Source: Anthoceros angustus (taxonomy: Eukaryota; Plantae; Anthocerotophyta). From it: DNA of 64,000 nt. The notes under the pieces were generated by a model. It saw nothing but the letters and a program-made list of their open reading frames with translations, made no database searches and had not been told where the DNA came from. Where the stretch lies: the NCBI GenBank assembly GCA_010909165.1, contig MU008162.1, positions 558,001 through 622,000 on the forward strand, in the 5' to 3' direction. The position numbers were made by a program, and so were the translations under genes. This document shows positions 57,522 through 64,000 of the stretch, piece after piece (within the stretch, counting starts at the first letter, position 1; the number at the start of each line of letters is the position of its first letter).

Positions 57522-57759
57522 CACCTTAGACTTGCAAGGAAAAGCATTTTCCTCTGAGCTCGGTACAGATGGGTCGTGGAGATGGGTCGTGGGTTGTGTT
57601 GCTTCGATGGCTAATGCGGCTATGTGTTTAGTTTTTGCGTTAGTTTTTGGTGAATTTGATTGGGTTGCTTCGATAGCTAGTATGGCTATATGCTTGGTTT
57701 TTTCATTAGACTTTTGGTGAATATGATCTGGTAGTTTAGAGGACTCGAAGGGTCTTATA

Positions 57760-58330
57760 TTAGAGATCATATATTGGGTGGTCCCAAGGGCTTCATAACC
57801 TTACAAGGTAGTCTATTTTGCAGGCAAAATAGTTGAGATCATATATTAGGCAGCTCTGAAGGGTTAGAGTAATCAAGGGTTAGAGGTAGCTCATCTCATT
57901 AGTGATCAGGTAAAACAAAACAGTAAAGATCATATATCAGGCAGCTCTGAAGGGTTAGAGCAATCAAGGGTAAGAGGTACCTCATCCCATTAGTGATCAC
58001 GCATAATAGTAGAGATAAGGCGAAATAGTAAAAATCATATATCGGGCGGCTTTGAAGGGTTGGAGTAATCAAGGGTGAGAGGTACCCCATCCCAATAGTG
58101 CTTCGACCGAAGGGTTGTTTAACCACTGAACTCCTGGCTGACACTCCTCGAGGGAGGATAATACGGCTATCTTTGTTGCCGGGCAGGCGGCTTTGAAGGG
58201 TGAGAGTAATCAAGGGTGAAACGTACCCCATCGCATTAGTGATTCATCTAGAGGGTTGCTTAACCACCGAACTCCTAGCTGTCACTCCTCAAGGGAGGAC
58301 AATATAGCTATCTTTGTTGTTGGGTAGGCC
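57760..58330. repeat. Degenerate dispersed/tandem repeats
   Basis: gaagggt(t)agagtaatcaagggt...gtacc recurs about four times, plus a duplicated actcct.gctg.cactcctc.agggagga block. Confidence 0.65.
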
Positions 58331-58483
58331 TTTTTGGATTTAGAGATTTGAACCAAAACAAAAGATTGTTTGATTACAAACCAATTTCCAATGTCCATTT
58401 ACAACCAGAACAAAAGGTTATTCGATTTTAAACCAATTTCCAATGTCCATTCAATTGCCAAGATTCGAACCCGGTTTCTCGAG

Positions 58484-58905
58484 AGAAGAGAAGAAGAAAT
58501 TTTATTTCAATAAGGATGGAATTACCATCATGGGATTGATATGACGAAAATACAAGAAGGGCACAACACAGATTAAACATTATTATGAGTCTAGCCTAAA
58601 GATTAATGGTGTGAAGCATAATCAAATATCTCGCATGTTGAAAAGCTGAATATACTTTGTTCTCAATTACCATATTTGTTTGAAGCAAACTTCAGCAATA
58701 ATAGGATTAGGAAAAGAGAAAAAACTCTGGAGCGAAGATCGAGCTGCTCTAAATAAGTTGACAATAGTACTCTTGATATCCTCATAGATGGAGCAGCGGA
58801 AGACAACGCGTTCCTCAGTCTCAACATCCCCGTTGCATAACCTACACATTGTAGTATCCTTAGATTGCTTCCACCACGGAGTGTGGATCAAATCCCGGGT
58901 CATTT
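58484..58905 (-). mobile_element. 5'-truncated LINE remnant (C-terminal zinc knuckle, TTC-rich tail)
   Basis: ORF remnant CRLCNGDVETEERVVFRC (CxxC..E..[H]..C), AATAAAA-ttcttcttc tail, 3' hairpin shared with 30128-30141. Confidence 0.65.
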
Positions 58906-58922
58906 ATGGGTCATTGGTTTTT

Positions 58923-59175
58923 GTTGCTTCGATAACTATTGTTCTATGGGTTGTTGGTTTTGTTGCTTGGATAGCCATTGTTCTATGGGTTGTTTGTTTT
59001 GTTGCTTGGATAGCCATTGTTCTATGGGTTGTTTGTTTTGTTGCTTGGATAGCCATTGTTCTGTGGGTTGTTTGTTTTGTTGCTTGGATAGCCGTTATTC
59101 TATGGGTTGTTTGTTTTGTTACTTGGATAGCCATTGTTCTATGGATTATTGGTTTTGTTGCTTGGATAGCTATTA
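58923..59175. repeat. 39-bp minisatellite x~6.5
   Basis: gttgcttggatagccattgttctatgggttgtttgtttt repeated. Confidence 0.92.
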
Positions 59176-59807
59176 CGGCTGTACCACATATGGTTACTAC
59201 AGCACACTCCTCGATGGAAGTAACTAGGCGTATGACGGTGTGAGAATGGAGGACGAACCGCAAAATTGAAAATGGCAAGAATCATCCATAGCAGGACATA
59301 GAAAACATTGTATAGGCAACCTATTGCCAGATATCGACTTCTATAGATACCCCAGACAAGGCACGCTACATCGAACAAACGAAAGCCTTGCGGTTCGATG
59401 TATTCCAGTTCGACTTGTTTGTGTACTGTATGGCCAGCTGTGGTCGTTCCCGGCAGCTCACATACAGCACACCAATCGTTCTGTTCAACGATTCAAGATG
59501 GACATGTGTTTCACATGGCGATGTGGCGGACAAAAGGAGGATTCGGTACTCCTTGAGGAATCCAGGTGAGTGGGGAAGGGGAGGAACCTGAAGGCAGGAT
59601 CTTGACTGTGGTTTGTGGGAAGCTACCAGGACGCAGAGCCGAGGCTGTCGCCACCTCAAAGCGCTCGCTGCCACAGCCACAAGCTCAATCAGGCAAGGGC
59701 AGCCCATATTCCACCAGATCTGAGCCAAGTTCCAGGCCTTCACCTTAGGTGTGTGAGCTCCCTACTCCATGACCCAACACAAAGCACTGGCTAGTTCTTC
59801 ATTGTTC

Positions 59808-62800
59808 TCACGGCCGACCCTTACAACTGCAAGACCCAGCAGCGAATCGATGCACACGGTACCCATCCCTCACAACTATGTCTCTCTGCTCAAGCCTTGA
59901 CATGATCTCTGTGGAACTGTGGCAGTCACTGCACATGCGCAGATTCTTCGTTACCACCAGAGGTGTCCCACTGGGAGTGTTCAAGAGGCCAAAGGCCAGA
60001 GCTAGCTTCTCAGCATGCCCACAAAGTGCATCTTCCTTTTCCTCCTCACACAGTGCCTTCAACACCAACTTGGTGTGAGGTACGTGGCCTCCTTCCTGCT
60101 TCAGACGTGCATTCGTGCTCTCTACTTTGAGGGCAATATCCTCTCTCTTTTCTCCTACCAGAAATCTATGTACCTGCTTGTTCACCTCAACGGTTGCCGT
60201 TGCAGGTTTCTTGTTAGCTCCTGCTGCCCTTCTCTGTGCTTCGATCCTGTCTACATCGGTCCACCTGCCTGCATCTGCATAGGCGTTGGCCATGAGGACA
60301 TAGGCGGGGGCCTGTTGGGGGTCCAGCCTAACAATGGTTTCGAAACACCACATCGCCCTCTCCATGTCCCCGTGATTTTTGCAGGCATTCAACAGAGCCG
60401 TCAATCCCACAACATTGCGTTGCCCCTCGCATGATTGTAGCATCTTCTCTGCCTCATCTAAATGGCCTGCACGTCCAAGAAGGTCAATCATGCAGTTGTA
60501 ATGCTCAAGAGTAGGTTTGATGCCGTGCTGTTGGGCCATGGAATCGAAGTGCTTGCGACCTTCGTGGACCAGTCCCTCATGACTGCATGCTGCTAAAAGG
60601 CAAGTGAAAGTAGCATCGTTAGGCTGTATGCCGGCAGCTAGCATCTCCTCAAAACAAGATAGTGCCTTGTGACCTTCGTCACAAACACCATACCCAGATA
60701 TCAGGGCGGTCCATGTCACCACATCCTTTGTGTTCATGCTGTCAAGAACCTGGCGTGCGTCTTCCAGTGCACCACATTTTGCATACATGTCCACCAGACA
60801 GTTGCCCACCAGTATCCAGCAGTCCTCTTTCACAATCTGTGAGTGCAGCTGCCTGCCCTTCTGTAAGGCACCAGTGCTTGCACAGGCCCTCAGAAGGCAA
60901 GCAAAAGTAACATGGTTAGCCAGAATGAGGCCTCTTGCTCCATTTGTCCATACAACAAGCGCCTCTTGGCCTCCTTCCTGCTTCAGACGTGCATTCGTGC
61001 TCTACCTTAAGCGCAATATCCTCTCTCTTTCTCCCACCAGAAATCTATGTACCTGCTTATTCACCTCAATGGTCGCCACTGCAGGTTTCTTGTTAGCTCC
61101 TGCTACCCTTCTCTGTGTTTCAATCCTGTCTACATCGGTCCACCTACCTGCATCTGCATAGGCATTGGCCATGAGCACATAGGCGGGGCCTGCTGGGGTC
61201 CAGCCTAACAATGCTTTCAAAACACCACATCGCCCTCTCTATATCCCCGTGACTTTTGCAGGCATTCAACAAAGACGTCAATCCCACAACATTACTTTGG
61301 CCCTCACATGATAGCATCTTCTGCCTCATCTAAATGGCCTGCACGCCCAAGAAGATCAATCATGCAGTAATGCTCAAGTAGGTTTGATGCCATGCTGTTC
61401 AGCCATGGAATCAAAGTGCTTGCGACCCTCGTGGACCAGTCCTCATGACTGCATGCTAAAAGGCAAGTAAAGTAGCATCATTAGGCTGAATACCGGCAAC
61501 TAACATCTCCTCAAAACAAGCTAGTGCCTTGTGACCTTCATCACAAGTACCATACCCAGATATCAGGGCGGTCCATGTCACCACATCCTTTGTGTTCATG
61601 CTGTCAAAACCTGGCGTGCATCTTCCAGTTCACCACATTTTGCATACATGTCCACCAGGCAGTTGCCCACCATACGTTATCCAGCAGTCCTCTTCCACAA
61701 TCTGTGAGTGCAGCTGCCTGCCCTTCTGTAAGGCACCAGTGCTTGCACAGGCCTTCAGAAGGCAAAAGTAACATGGTTAGCCAAAATGAGGCCTTCTCCT
61801 CCATTTGTCCATACAACAAGCGCCTCTTGGCCGAGTCCTTGCTGTGCATACCCCAGCAATCAGGCTGTCCATGTCACCACATCCTTGTGGCAGTCAAAAC
61901 CTGGCTTGCACAGCATACCCAGATATCATGTCACCACATTCTTTTCGGCCATGCTGTCAAAACCTGGCGTGCATCTTCCAGTTCACCACATTTTGCATAT
62001 CCACCAGGCAGTTGCCCACCAATACGTTATCCAGCAGTCCTCTTTCGACAATCAGTGAGTGCAGCTGCCTGCCCTTCTGTAAGGCACCAGTGCTTGCACA
62101 GGCCTTTAGAAGGCAAGCAAAAGTAACATGGTCAGCCAAAACGAGGCCCTCCTGCTCCATTTGTCCATACACAACAAGCGCCTCATGTCCGTGCCCATGC
62201 TCAGCATACCCAGCAATCAGGGCATTCCATGTCACCACATCCTTCGTGTTCATGCTGTCAAAAACCTGGCGTGCATCTTTCAGTTCGCCACATTTTGCAT
62301 ACCCAGACATCAGGGCATTACATGTCACCACATCCTTGTCTGTCAAAAACCCGGCGTGCATCTTTCAGTTCACCACATTTTGCATACATGTCCACCAGGC
62401 AGTTGCCAACAAACAAGTTAGCAGGAATGCCACTCTGCACCACATCACTGTGTACTTTTCTGCCAGATTCCAAGTCGGCAGCAAATGCACAAGCTTGAAG
62501 GGCAGCTACAAAGACGTGAGCATCCGCCTTCACCCCTGACCAACGCATCTTATGGTACAGTTGTATGGCCTCATTAGGTTTCCCATGCTTAGCATGCAGA
62601 GATTATGGAAACCACATGAAGGCATCTGGTTTGCGGACCCTGGTGAGCACATCCATAGCCTCCTGTAGCCTACCTCCACATGCATACATGCGCAGGATAT
62701 GGTTCCCCAAGTATGCACTCGACTCGTACCCAAACTTCACAGTGAGATCATGAACTCGTCGACCCACAACCAAATCCTTCTTAGCTGTACACAGTTTTAG

Positions 62801-63475
62801 CACAGTGTAAAACAGAGACTGAGAAATAGCAGAGTCTGCCTGGGCCAGGGATTCCAGGGCTTCAACGGCCTCAGAAAGCTTCCCCTGTTGACATAACATG
62901 CTAACAGTTCCAGCCGTTACTACGCCCATTCCCGATCCTGCACTCCTGCTAGGTTCAGGCCTATCCGGAGAGCTCGACTTGGAAGGAGAGGCACCATAAC
63001 CCATCTCCATATCCAAAGACACGAGTTGCTCATCAACCCAAGCTGGCTTGAGCATGCTGTTTAACCACAGGACCTCGTCGGACCCCTTACGCTGGAAGTC
63101 AGGCGCACGGGAGCTAGTCTTTTCTCGTCTGTTATCCCACCACACGGTCGGGTCCAGGAAAAATTGTTGCCACAAATGCTCCTGCTCCTGGCGACCACCA
63201 TCACTGGAAAATCCGTCCCCACCCACAGATTTGAGCTGAAGTGGTAGTGCTGGGCTCCTTACACTGCTGCACCTGGAGGCTTGGTTGTTTGCCAGGGGTT
63301 GACTCCCTGAGGTGAGGTGAGCGGAAGCTCCTCGCTGCATCCCTGTACACACACCAATTTGTTGGGTCCACAACGGGTCCGGGTGCCATACTATGGCCAT
63401 CGTCCAGGGACCTCTGTCGGGAGGTGAGTTCAACAACAGACCATGGCTGGATGCCCAGGTACTTCGTATGGCCAC
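59808..63475 (-). CDS. PLS-PPR locus with N-terminal OSB-type PDF motif and C-terminal DYW:KP (GRP) domain; middle part frameshifted and internally duplicated
   Basis: C-terminal ORF 59808-60833: E1/E2, KKPATATVEV, GHAEKLALAFGL, KNLRMCSDCH, CSCKGRP*. N-terminal ORF 62603-63475: LWQQFFLDPTVWWDNRREKTSSRAPDFQRKGSDEVLWLN. PLS repeats in between are broken by many indels. Confidence 0.85.
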
Positions 63476-64000
63476 TCCATACGGGCTGGCTTGGCTGAGC
63501 CCGAACCCGGAGGGCTTGAATGCAATTGAACAGACAACTACCTACATGTGTAGTCTATGTGGGTGTATGAATAATATAAGACATATGGCATGCCAAACAA
63601 CAGCTAGACACATACCTATATAGAGGTACCTTGTGTGTGAATATTGACGGTGTTTACATATAGTGTATCAATATTCATATTGTGTGTTGCGTCAATATTA
63701 ACGAGCTCATGTGGAGCACTCGCGGGGACTCGTTACGAATTATGGTCAATTAGATACAAGATAGGAAGTTTCATTTGTTCGGACTCATTTACAAAGCTCA
63801 ACTTTTAGATAAGCATACAACAGTTTGAGTTGTGCATTTTTATACCTAGTTGGAATCAGAGGAAGCATCAGCGTATCCAGCGATGCCGAAATTTCTTGTT
63901 TTGGTTTCCTAACCCAAATCGGGACGCAAAAGTAAACGTGGAAAGGACTTTGCAGCTTTGCATCCGACTAAAGGGTCTAATGGAGGCAAGTGAGAGTTTC

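Noticed and set aside
58788-59278. ORFs with 13-aa hydrophobic or Cys-rich repeats
   Set aside because: Translation of a 39-bp minisatellite that is open in several frames; no evidence of coding.

Overview
Gene-dense nuclear DNA from a non-seed land plant with short GT-AG introns. A hornwort (Anthoceros-like) is the best inference, from a KPAxA/HAE/GRP-type PPR editing factor, a WW-type PPR, a centriolar CEP76 gene and very compact gene spacing. Recognisable genes in order: FtsHi5 (+), RAY1-type GT77 glycosyltransferase (+), AS8-like Gly-rich protein (+), RPL11 (-) head-to-head with RPS21 (+), myotubularin (-), LRR-III receptor kinase (+), CEP76 (-, several apparent frameshifts), plastid PGK (+), a long PLS-E+ PPR (-), intronless plastid HSP90 (-), a multi-exon LRR-RLK (-), tRNA-Glu(CTC) (+) and a PLS-PPR with a DYW:KP/GRP domain (-). 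The most striking observation is that the DYW:KP/GRP (putative U-to-C) PPR carries an N-terminal OSB-type 'PDF' single-stranded-nucleic-acid-binding motif. The WW-type PPR and a PPR pseudogene share the same N-terminal lineage. The 28.7-36.3 kb interval is a mosaic of decayed copies of neighbouring genes, consistent with an old tandem duplication of a myotubularin-RLK-CEP76 block followed by reciprocal gene loss. It also holds LINE remnants, tRNA pseudogenes and local tandem repeats. All family assignments come from motif recognition by eye, not from database searches.
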